Below are positions 52,661 through 64,000 of a DNA stretch of 64,000 nt, one piece after another. The stretch comes from Octopus vulgaris (taxonomy: Eukaryota). Numbering within the stretch: position 1 is the first letter of the stretch; each line of letters starts with the position of its first letter. The notes below the pieces were generated by a model. That model made no database searches. It was not told the origin of the DNA and saw nothing but the letters and a program-made list of their open reading frames with translations. The stretch covers positions 135,470,001 through 135,534,000 of the forward strand of contig OX597814.1 in the NCBI GenBank assembly GCA_951406725.2, in the 5' to 3' direction. A program made the position numbers and the translations under genes.

Positions 52661-53471
52661 ATGTAGAGTGAACGGACCATCACAAAAAAAGATATTTTTC
52701 ATGATTACTTCAATTATATCAATTATATTTTTTTCTTCTAATTTTAGAAACAGAAAAAAAAAAGGTAAAACTGAATGGGTTTTGTCCTATTTCGCGACCC
52801 AGGGGAATTTCTGAACGGCTCGACTAACGAAAAATTACCTTGAATTTATTTTTAGTAGTGCGACCCGCCTGAAGATGCACCATGTCTCATGCCTACTTTC
52901 CGAAAAAGGCTATCCGTGTCTTCAAGGAAGTCAATAAAGCAAAGTCTGTAGATCAAGTGGAAGAGATAGAAAGGAGATACAGTTGACGGTAGTTTAAGAA
53001 GAGCACGTTTGTATTTATGTTGTTTCGATTCCTGGATGCTGTCATTTTAATGATACTTTTTATGAAAACATTTCATTCATGCACTTCACTTTCCCTTCTT
53101 TCCTGATATCAAAATACCATGAAATGTAATCAAATTAGTAACTAGTGTATCAGAGCGGATGTGATGTCATAAGTGCTCAGCACTTAGCATGGAATAAGTT
53201 AAATAATCTAATAAATATATAATAATCCTAAATAACTGAAGAAACATCTTTTAAAATAATTCTTGAAATATTCCAGCGTGTACATTATGAAATGATCGGG
53301 AGGAAACTATGTTTCCAATTAATAAACAATATATATATATTATACTCAGCACGGTGATCTGCACGGTTAGTTCAGCTGAAAATATGGTGTGATCAGAAGG
53401 ATGATTTAATGAACTTTTTTCAAGTGATTACCTAATGATACAGTATTTGTTTTTTTAAAAGCTTTGCCAGC

Positions 53472-53566
53472 ATGAGTAACTCGAGTGGAAATACTTCGTC
53501 CGGATCGAGAAATAACGACGAAAGACAGGTGAATTCGCAGAATCACTCTTTTATTCTTGCCACAAG
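53472..53566 (+). CDS. Unidentified gene, first coding exon: MSNSSGNTSSGSRNNDERQVNSQNHSFILAT+
   Basis: ATG after T-rich tract and CAG; 95 nt ending AG|GTAAAC (phase 2), in frame with the next exon. Confidence 0.6.
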
Positions 53567-55289
53567 GTAAACAAAAGCACATTTACTCGTTTCAAGATAT
53601 GTAATAACATAGCATGCCTATCAAGTATTAATCTACTAATCTGAAACCATACATTTGCTTTAAACTTTCACAAATGAGGACTAGCAACCTTCAGCCGTAA
53701 CTTTAAATGTAATTTATGGATCCACTGCTAAGTCGTCCTTGACTTCCCTGTTGCTGGTCAAAATCATTTGTTTAGTAAATAAAAGAGAAAGGCTTCTGAA
53801 AATGGCATTTTCTCTCTCCAAGTCAATTTATTCCACTCTTCTGCCCTTGTAAACAGATTTATTCCATTTTTAAACTTTATAACAATACAGCTAATCTACC
53901 TTTGCAAATATTTGAAAGGTTTAATTACATAAGCAATGGGACCTGCATTCAGCTAACTGTTCCCGATTCTCAAAAAATACTGTTCCAGGTCATCTCTGAT
54001 CGAGAGCACGAATGTAGTCGGCCGACAGAAGCTGTATTTATTTTTCCAGCCGTGTGCACTCTTTAACCTAAGCTATTAAGGAAGCTACAGCTTGGGCTGT
54101 TTGGTTTCAGATCTTATCTCTCTCCATACTCCAAAGAATGTCTTTGTACCTTGATTTATTAATGACACGAACTCTGCAATTATGCAACATCAACAATACA
54201 CACACGGAGTTAATTACTCAGAGACGCCGTCTGCATGGAATAATAATTAAAATATACTAACACTAACTTACACAAGTTTTTGTTTGGTTCTCTACATTGC
54301 TCGTACCATTACCCATTTAACCCTATACATTAATAGGTTGTTATTGAATAAATCCAATTGTTTGGACATATGATCTAAGGAATATCGCCCGCTATTACCC
54401 CGTCATTTAATTTTCCAGACAATAGATTATATTACTCATAGTGTCATTCAGCTTTCTTAAGACATCAGCCTGTAATGCGAGAGAAATTTGGCTGCTATTT
54501 TTAGCGGGTTGAGGCTCCCTAGTAGGCTCGTGTCAAATGTACGCTTGTGTGTGGAAACAATGAAGCTGTCATTTGAATTTATACACAAAAAAATTACTAG
54601 GGTTGTAAACCAGAACTTTTCCCTTTAGTCCTCCTTTTTTCTCTCAGTCTTAATCCATTTACGAACATTGTATGTGTTTCTGTTGTCTTTTATACTTGTA
54701 TTTATATTTTTAATTGGCAGTAACCTTTCGCAGGTCGGTTTCATTACTTTAAGCCTTTTATATTTTCCCAAACGCAACTCTTATTGACCTGTATTAAGAC
54801 ACTTATGCCTATTAAACAATGTTTATTATATATGTAGTTATCAGTTAATTACTTATACATTTATGTATTTCAATGTTAAAAACAAGTAACTTCTTCGTAT
54901 GGAGCTATCATAATTACCAAAATCCATCTGTACTAGGCCAACATTGAAAAAGTGGGGCTATTGCAGAATCGCCACCTCTCCTTAAATAATGCATCTTTTT
55001 GAAAAATGTTTTTCGAATTCTTACGTTCTTGATGTTGGAGATTATAATTATGCAAAAAAAAAAAAAAAAAATATTTCACCTACCCCTATGTTTTAGATGA
55101 CGGAGATTCCGAATATGCAAGAAACCACGTTTTCAAAATTTTTAATTCAATAAGCATATAGATATGTGCATAAAGAGATAGACAGATAGATATGAATGTC
55201 TTCCTGGGGCTAAAAACAACAGTATCACCGTCTTCTATAGGACCTCCGCATTTAGTTGACAAATATATTTTATGAATAAACGGATAGGG

Positions 55290-55810
55290 ATAAGTATGTT
55301 TCTTATCACAGGGCTGAGCACAGAGGGGACAAAATACAAAGTAGAGCTTTTCTTTTTGCGAGGAAAAAAAAGGTGGGCTAGCATTTCAATCAAAAGGGAT
55401 CGTGGAGAGAAAAAAAAAGAGTGGGGGGAGCCGATCAATAGTAATCGTGTATCACAGAAATGTCATAATGTAAAAGGGGAATCATTAGGTTTATCCGTGG
55501 AAAGAAAAGCCTACGGAAAAGACCACGGTAACCTTGGGCAATAATGTCACGCAAAAAAACTCATTACAGTAAGTGACTCTCTTTTTTCCTTTTTTTTTTT
55601 TTTGGTTCATAGGATTATACTCAAGCTAGCTCTGTCATTCACACGTGCCATCCTTGCTACATTCACCCATCTTTTTTGGAAAAATTTCACTAGACAAAAC
55701 TTCCCTCTCTGCTCTCATCTTCATCTTCAAGTGATACTTGAAGAAGTTAATGAGAGATTGACCAGAGAGGAAAGTGTCTTTCCCTCTTGACCTTTCAGAT
55801 GCGTCCACCA
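55290..55810 (-). mobile_element. LINE 3' end (possibly Tx1/L1-like)
   Basis: Broken ORF end FLSGQSLINFFKYHLK.K.R.EREVLSSE followed by a 3' UTR. Confidence 0.5.
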
Positions 55811-55811
55811 T

Positions 55812-56372
55812 ACACATTCTTTCGCCATAGCCACAAATACGATGAAACCGTTCAGCAACGTGCAACCAAGAGAATACCCTCCATGAGGCATTTGCCATAT
55901 TTTGAACGCCTTGCTTCCATGGGCATGGATACAGTGAAACTCCGACGTCTGGCAGCTGACTTGGCTGACACCCATAAAATTATTAACCATCTTACAAACA
56001 ATAACTCTGAGCATCTTTTCAAGCTCCACCTGTCTAACACCCGTGGACATGTTTATAAAGTCAGAAAACAGCACAGCTCCCATGACTTTCGGAAACATTT
56101 TTTCACACTAAGAGTTGCTGAAGTATGGAACAAACTGCATCCTTCAAAATTTCCATGCTTCCTGAGCACTGCATCCTTCAAAACCTCCATGCTTCCTGAG
56201 ATTCGCCAACACTACACCTGATTTTCTCCCCTCCATACACATTCAAGCATGTATCTGACTCATACACTGTTCATTTTCCAGACATTTGTAGATTACTGCA
56301 TATGCTTTATACTCACTTTTGACAAGTTGTGGTGCACCTGAGCACTGTATACAATAATTTCATCATTATTAT
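55812..56372 (+). mobile_element. CR1-clade LINE 3' end
   Basis: VQQRATKRIP..RHLPY.ERL...RRL..DL...KI...TRGH..K......RKHFF..RV...WNKL; (ATT)n tail. Confidence 0.85.
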
Positions 56373-57740
56373 AAATGGCTCTTCCTTCCTATTTCAAGGA
56401 AGGAGGCATGACAATATTCACAATAGACTCAGTTGATAAACTGACTCATCCCACACACAATAGGGATAAATAGATAGATGAAAAAGTTCAAAATTTAAAT
56501 TGGGGGAGGGGTGAAATTTGAGTCCCTTATTAAACTTTATAACATTAAATATTAAACATTAATGTTTGTTTCTCATAAAATGGTGTATATTTAACTTACA
56601 TTCAATTATTATTTATGATTAAGGCAAACAGAAGTAAAACTCAAATTCTTTTCATTTTAATGTCTTTGTCTATATTTAATTTCGATTTGCATATGTCATC
56701 AATTCACTACAATCTCTTTAAAGTAAGCAAAATCAAAATTTTTAATTGGGGGTAGGGGGGTAGGTGAGGGGTTGAAATTTAAAAAGAATTTTTTTTGCAT
56801 ATTCGTAATCTCTGACATCCAAAACGTAGGAATCTGAAAAAATATTTTTAAAAAAAAATGCATTTTTCAAGAAGTGCGATTCTGCAATAGCCCTGAAAAA
56901 GTCATGAGTAGTATATCGCGCAAGAATCCCAGCTGGATGGAGAACTTTTATTAATTTTTGTTTTTTAGTTCTTGGGATTAATTGCAAGTGATAGGAACCT
57001 GTAGAATCAGTGCTAAGAAAAATGATGAATGCTTAATATTATAAATTAACAATAGATATGTCACTAAATTAAAGTTTTAACTTATATTCCCTTATGGAGT
57101 TTTAGAGATATACCAGTTAATAGCTTCCTTTTGAATGCAGACAAAATTTCAGCTAATATAGATGATCACTACAGTTGGTAGAATTAGGAGAAATAGCAAT
57201 CGAATCTTCCTCAACATACTCATTTTTATTTTTTAAAGAAGTATACATTTAGGCCTATATATTGGCCTAAATATACTATGTCTGAACTGAGACAGATGAG
57301 ACATGACTGAAATTTGATCATAGATCTCTCGAATCAGGGCTGACCTAGAGCTTAAATTGACAAGTCATGTTTAAGAAATGAAGCTCCCCAGCCCTCCTCA
57401 GTTATCTACCTTGTCGCCTTGTAAGAGTCGATTGAGGCTATAGGATACCTTATTTTCCTCTTTAAGCTAATACAATGTATGAATAAACAAATAGGTAAAA
57501 TGAATCTCTTAAACAATGATTTTCAAACGGTAATCTGATTCTGTTATGATATCTATATGTAGTACCTCTAGATTGTCTGACTTAAAACATACTAACATAT
57601 TACAAGTTTTGGATCTGGATAAAAGTAAATTAACAATGGGTGTCATAGTAAGATATGTAGTTTGGGGATAATGTCAATGGTAAAGGATCTATTGAATCCA
57701 AATCTTGTCCTGTAACTAATAAAATTTGTTTTCATTGTAG

Positions 57741-57808
57741 AGGTAGAAGACATAGAGCTGTTCGTCGCTCATCCAAGAGAGAGAAAAAAGAAGTAGATGA
57801 ACCCAAAG
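57741..57808 (+). CDS. Unidentified gene, exon 2: (R)GRRHRAVRRSSKREKKEVDEPK+
   Basis: TTTTCATTGTAG acceptor, AAG|GTAATT donor, 68 nt, phase 2 to phase 1, open frame. Confidence 0.7.
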
Positions 57809-59049
57809 GTAATTATTTCATTACATTTTAGTTTTAATTTAACCCAAGCACAGTGATTTATTTGTAATATGATTTGTAACAGATTTTTGTGAAAGGTGTG
57901 ATCAATTGTATCAACTCTAGTTCTCACAAGCATGTATTTCATTGATCTTGGAAGGCTATAAAGCAAAATAAACTGCAGCAGGATTTGATCTCAAAATGTT
58001 GGCAATAAAATAGACTTCATTTGGTCTGGCAACTTAGAAATAACTCAAATGATCCCACTTTAAATTAATCACTTATGTTTATTATCCTGCACATATTTAT
58101 AAGGATGTCTATTTGGTGTGAGTGTGTCACCAAATCATTTATATATTTTTATGTAGTTCAAACAATGATTTGCATAATTATTCATAATATGTTTTGGCAG
58201 ATTTGAATGCAAACTGTTAATCACTGGTGACATGTAAAAGGCACCCTTGCTGGTGATACGTAAAAGACACCCACTACACTCTGTGGAGTGGTTGGCACTT
58301 AGGAAAGGCATCCAGCTATAGAAACTAAGCCAAAACAAGACAAGCCTGGTGCAGCCCTTCCCGTTTACCAGTTCGAGTTGAACTGTCTTATCCATGTCAG
58401 CATGGAAAACAAACACTAAATGATGATGGTGATGAAGCATACATCATAGGAGAACAACTTATTTTTACAATGATGATGTGTTCATAGTGCACTTGACTCA
58501 TTGCTATGAGGGATTCTGGGAGACTGGTTTTTCCCATGATGCTGTGTCTCATCAGCCAGAAGCTCTCCAGATTTTAGACTCTAAACAAGAGCTGATGATT
58601 TTTGTTTATTATTTCAGCAAACAGACTGCTGATTGGTGATGATATCTACCAACTAAAAATAAATCACTATTTGCACTATGAACAGCAAGGTGTGATATAA
58701 TGACTTGCATATTTTATTCTTATTACATTCCAGCAAATTTGAATGCAAAATATGCCAATTACTGTTGTGTATGTCACAGGAAAGCAACTTCTCTATTTTA
58801 CAACAGTGTGTTTATAACACACTTGACTCATTGGTGAAATGGATTCTGGAACAACGGTGTTTCAACATGTTGTGTCTTGTAAACCAGAAACAACCCAGAC
58901 CTTTTTGTTGAAACAAAAATCCTATTTTCTAACATAATATTCAAGTTTATGTTGTTATTAGGACCAGCGCATTCAGTTTCCCTCCTTACAGTTTGCCACT
59001 ATTTATGTTTTGGAATTCATGATTTTAGAATTCCCCAGAAATACCAATC

Positions 59050-59245
59050 TTAGTTTCAAATTTTGTCACAAGGCCTGCATTTCAGGAGAGGAAGTCAATT
59101 ACATCAATCCTAGTGCTCTACTGGTACTTATTTTATTAACTCTGAAAAAATGAAAGGCAAAATTAATCTTAGTGGAATTTGAACTCAGAACAGAATGACA
59201 GCACTTTGCCTAGTGTGCTAATGATTCTGCCAGCTTGCTGCCTTC
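59050..59245 (-). mobile_element. SINE family B
   Basis: Family B core in reverse orientation. Confidence 0.6.
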
Positions 59246-59761
59246 AGAAGTACCAATATTGATGTCAATGAATACCTTTCTCTCTATTTTTCTCAGCTAG
59301 TCTCTCAACAAGTTAAATTTTCATCTACATATAAATAAGCTTTCTCTTTATCTAATGACAATGTACTAAGTTTTATCTCCAAGTTAAACCCTAACATCCA
59401 AGAAGACTAGTGGTGGTTTATTTTGGGGTAAAAGTTTCTCCAACAAAGTTTTTAAAAATGGATAATATTAATAAAGTGTGAAGAAAGTTTTAATGTCCTA
59501 TGTTGGGACCAGAGTTATGATAAATGATATTGGTAAAATGAAATTAAAAGCTAATCAAATCATAAAAATTTGATCATGTGAAAGGGTGAGTGAATGGAAG
59601 AGAGAGAGAGAGAGAGAGAGAGCAAGAACGAGAGGGAGGAAAAAATGGAAACAGCTGCCTCCATAAACCAAACTTTTTATTTGATGTTAATATTTTATAT
59701 TGTAATCTCTCTTATTCCCAAATTACGTGTGTACTTACATTTTTATTATTTTCTATTCTAG

Positions 59762-59793
59762 CTGACCAAGAAGCTCTGAAATCAACAGTTCAT
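59762..59793 (+). CDS. Unidentified gene, exon 3: (A)DQEALKSTVH; gene continues beyond the window
   Basis: Long pyrimidine tract with TAG acceptor, GTAAGC donor, 32 nt, phase 1 to 0, consistent with exon 2. Confidence 0.65.
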
Positions 59794-60309
59794 GTAAGCA
59801 TGATTGATGTTTGGGGAATGTCATGAAGGTAACACCCTTGTAACGTTTGGGATATATATATATATATAATTGTTTATGTATAACCCACAGCATATTTATA
59901 CTCTAGCTATAAATATTTGGCTTTCAACCTTGTACTGTTGTGTAAAATTCTGAGTGCTTGTCAACAATTTTTTCTTTGATATTTTAACAAGTAAGTCTCA
60001 GTTTCTTCACTAAAGCAGCTAAAGGAATCTTCAATGAAAGACAAAGCTAGTTGGTTTGAATCTCATTTCAACCTGCCAAAAACAGTTTAGTTTAATCATG
60101 AGAACTAATTTCGCAGAAACACTAAATATGCATTTATCAAACATATGACATACGACACCATATACATATTTATTCATAACTCACCTCTCTATTGGTACTC
60201 CATTAATATTTATGTAGTTATGTGTTTATATATGTGTGTGTATGTCATCATTTATATAACACTCATATATATACCTGTATATGTGCCTCTGTGTTTATAT
60301 ATGTATATT

Positions 60310-60557
60310 CTTTTATTTTACTTGTTGCAGTTGTTTGACTGCAACCATACTGGAGCACCACCTTGAAGTGTTTTTGTTGAACAATTCGACCTCAAGACTT
60401 ATTTTTAAGCCTAGTATTTATTCTATCCATCTCCTTGCTGAACAACTAAGTTACAGGGACTTAAACACACCAACACTGGTTGTCAAGCGACGATGGTGGG
60501 GCACAAACACACACAAAAGCACACACACAGATATATATATACATACATATATACATA

Positions 60558-60589
<32 letters not shown>

Positions 60590-60745
60590 GCTTCTTTCAG
60601 TTTCTGTCTACCAAATCCACTGATAAGGCTTTGGTTGACCTGAGGCTATAGTAGTAGTCATTTGCCCAAGGTGCCACGCATTGGGACTGAACCTGAAACC
60701 ATGTGGTTGGGATGCAAGCTTCTTACCACATAGCCACACCTGTGT
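60310..60745 (-). mobile_element. SINE family A
   Basis: Reverse copy with internal TA microsatellite. Confidence 0.7.
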
Positions 60746-61029
60746 CTATATATGTATAAATATTTTTTTTAATTTAATACTTGGTGTATGCTTGAGTGTG
60801 TTAGAAGAGGATGGGTGGTGAATTGAGGCCAAAAAAGTTGTGGTTTCAGAGGGGAAAAATAGAATACTGCTTTCTGTGAAGCCTGTAGTTTGTGGATCGA
60901 CTGTATAAAACCAAACCAAATGTGTTGAATTGTCCACTGAGTAAAAGGTTTTAGTTTCTGCGCCAGATGTTGTGAAGATGTTCCGTGAATTGGTTAGCTA
61001 CATTCTCTAGAAATTTATTTTATCTCCAT

Positions 61030-63215
61030 TACCATTTAATGTTCATCTTCTATGCTGACATGGGTTGGATGGTTTAACAGTATCTAGTAAGCCAGAAGAC
61101 TACATCAAGCTCCAGTGTCTGCTTTGGCATGGTTTCTACAGCTGGTTGCCCTTCCAAATGCCAACCACTTTACTGAGTGAACTGAGTTCTCTTTTTATGG
61201 TACCGGCACTAGTGAGGTCACCTTGTAACTCACATATCAAGACCCCTTGACTGAGTCAGGGTGCAATATTGAGGGACATGGCTTTGTGTCAGGTGTCGAG
61301 ACATTAAAGTGTGATAGAGGGACAGACACAAGTGTCATGCTGCTATGGAGATACATGGCTACTTCAGCTGGAAGAAGTGAAAAGATGGTAGTAATGATGT
61401 GTCAGGACATATCCTCAAGGGTCAAAAGGGTAAATATAAAAGAGAATAGAAACAAGATTGAGAAGAGTGGGTAGGTAAAGTCATAAGAGTGTGATAGGTG
61501 TATGAGATCAACATTATTATCATCATCATCATGAGTTGTAGTGAAGGTTTTGTCATCTCCTCTATGAGGGCCAACATCCTAAGATTGGTTTTCACTACTT
61601 TGCCCCATGTCTTCCTGGGTCCCTATTTTGATGCATATCTTCCACAGATTCCATCCACATATTTTGCAACTGAAACATCTTTATGCAGCTGTTCTCATAT
61701 GCATCACATGATCATATCAACAGTTTTCACTCTTGCATACTATATCTAATGCATTTTATGCCCAGATTTTCTCTCAACTCCTTTGCATCTTGTTGTACAT
61801 ACACATTGATGTTGCACATCCAACAGAACATACTAGTTTCATTTCTTTCATGTCTTCACATGTGCTCTGCATTCACAGCCCATATTTCACTTCCACATAG
61901 CCTTGCTGTTTGTACGCAAACATCATACAATATTGCCTTACATTCTGAAGGAGAGGCCTTTTATTAACAAGAACAGAGGTAATAGCTCTCTGAACTTTCT
62001 CCAGGGGACATTATACTATTTTTAATATCATATAAAAGCACCTGTGCAGCACCACGTAAAAACATCCGTGTGGTGTCACATAAAAGCGTCCAGCACACTC
62101 TGGTTGGTGTTAGGAAGGGCATCCAGCCATAGAAACCATGCCAAATTAGACTGGAGCTTGGTGCAGCTCTCTAGCTTACCAGCTCTGATCAAACTGTCTA
62201 ATCCATGCCAGCATGGACAATAAATGTTAAATAATGATGATGATGATAGTTTTATAGAGATACTAGAGAGGAGTTATGTCCATGTGTGCTGTGTACAAAT
62301 ATATACAAAATGTAACATGAAAGAGATCCTTCAAAAGTTATCTTAAGTGTAAAGAACACAGGTACAAATTCTTTTAGATGAATAAAAGCTCTGGATTGGG
62401 TGGAATAAGCATACTGTTAACAGAGAAATGGATAGATATGGCAACTGAATTAGAATATGTAAACAGATTAATTATGCTTATGTTAGTTATAGGCTACAGT
62501 GATTTCTGCATATGTGTTAGAATCAGGTATAACAGATGTACGAAAGAACCAATTCTATGAAGTCCTCTTGTGGACTACCTCAGAGACTAATGACAATGAC
62601 CTTGTTGTTACTTTTAAGGAGGTCAGTGGACACTGGGAAACATCCACAACAGCCATAGTCTCCATGTACTCAAGTGTACATGAAGGCTATTGCACAAGGA
62701 ATGAAGAAGAATCAAGGGTGCTGGAGTTTTGTGATACAACTCTGATCTAACCATTTGTAACTCATCATCGTCATCATTGTTTAACGTCCACTCTCCATGC
62801 TGGCACGAGTTGGATGATTTGACATAGAGCTGGCTAGCAGGGAGTTGTTCAGACTCCAGCTGTCAGTTGTGGCACGGTTTCTGTGGCTTGATGTCCTTAA
62901 TGCCAACCACTTAGCAGAGTGTGCTGGGTGCTTTTTACATGCCACCGGCATGGGTGCATTTACATAGCACTAGCATTGATACAGCACCAGTATGGGTACT
63001 TTTTAAGTGGCACCAGCACCCAAAAGGACAAGCCTGTATTACATGGAAGACAGTGATTTTTCTTAGCTTGACATATCTTATAAGTATAGCAAAATCACAT
63101 CTCCCAGTCTCTTGTCATTTCCTCAGTGAGGCCCAGCATCTGAAGATCCTTTCTCACCACTTTGTCTCACATCTTCCTGGGTCTACTCTTTCCACAGGTA
63201 CCCTCCACAATTAAA
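61030..63215. mobile_element. Cluster of RTE LINE fragments and RTE-associated repeats in both orientations
   Basis: Minus ORF end GPRKTWGKVVKTNLRMLAL (about 61620); plus endonuclease remnant GGISILLTEKW..ISAY..KNQFYE..RNEEE.RVLEFC (62380-62750); (GAT)n/(CAT)n tails. Confidence 0.7.
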
Positions 63216-64000
63216 GCTCAGCTGTCCTCCTGAAAACCAGTTACAGATCTTATTAGGAAACAGAATAGACAGCTGGCTGTGTTTCTAAATTTTTCCCCTA
63301 TGAAGAAAGTAGCACTTGAGATAGACTAATGGTCAATGACTCCTTAGGGTTAGAACAGAATAGACACAGAAATGAGAAAAAGTGAAAGGTACAAAATCTA
63401 AAAGATCCTTCAGTCATACATAAATTCAAAGAAGTAACAGGTAAAACTTCTGAGTGAAGTAAGAGAGATAGATACATACAACAACTGGGAGTTTTTCAAA
63501 GACAATCCATTAAGAGCCATAGACCAGAATTGAAAATGGAGCAAGGTTCCAGCTAGATGGAAGGTAACATGGTGGTAGAATGGTAGAGAAGGTAGTCATA
63601 AAGGTCAAAACATATGTCTAAGAAGATTTGATGAGTAGAAGGGGCAAGGAATAGTATCATGTAGATCGAAGAGAAGTTAGACATCAGGCATTTTTAACAA
63701 AGAGAGGAGATCTAAGTGGAGGTCTGACAATGTTCTGTTGCAAGAGGATCAGAGGTCTGATGTTTTTCAGATTGCAAAGCTGAATCAGGATGTCGTTGGT
63801 GAAAAGTGTGTTTGAAATGTGAGTGTTTCCTCACTTAGGCAAAAAGAGATCTAAGAGTCTAAAACCCCCTTCGTTCACAAATGACCATGGGATTGCACTT
63901 AGAAAAGTTCCCTTATGAGGCATAGTCCAGGCAAGGTTATTTATGGAAGTCGCCCATGCATACCAATATTGCACCAGTGATGTAGCAACTCATTTCTACA

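Larger units (their letters stand above)
54954..56893. mobile_element. MULE-type non-autonomous element with nested LINE fragments
   Basis: >100-bp TIRs starting GGGCTATTGCAGAATCGC; perfect 9-bp TSD TGAAAAAGT at 54945-54953 and 56894-56902. Confidence 0.8.

Overview
AT-rich, repeat-dense eukaryotic DNA. The SINE/RTE repeat families and microsatellites point to an octopus (coleoid cephalopod) genome; this is an inference. Two spliced genes lie in divergent orientation. (1) A complete 6-exon PRELID3/slowmo gene on the minus strand (ATG 33462 to TGA 4051, 195 aa, 21.8-kb first intron). (2) The first three coding exons of an unidentified plus-strand gene (53472-59793, continuing past the window). 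The rest is mostly decayed and nested mobile DNA: mariner/Tc1, hAT, MULE, piggyBac-type MITEs, a Helitron, a long foldback element holding an RT-less Gypsy-like LTR element, RTE/CR1/R4-like LINE pieces, SINEs and Penelope-like elements (PLEs). The most unusual signal is a set of seven PLE-type minimal hammerhead ribozyme (HHR) motifs. One has a natural-looking G3:C8 swap of the catalytic core. Two belong to a tRNA-headed, HHR-carrying non-coding retroelement inserted as an inverted dimer with a 14-bp target-site duplication (TSD). All calls were made by eye, without database searches.
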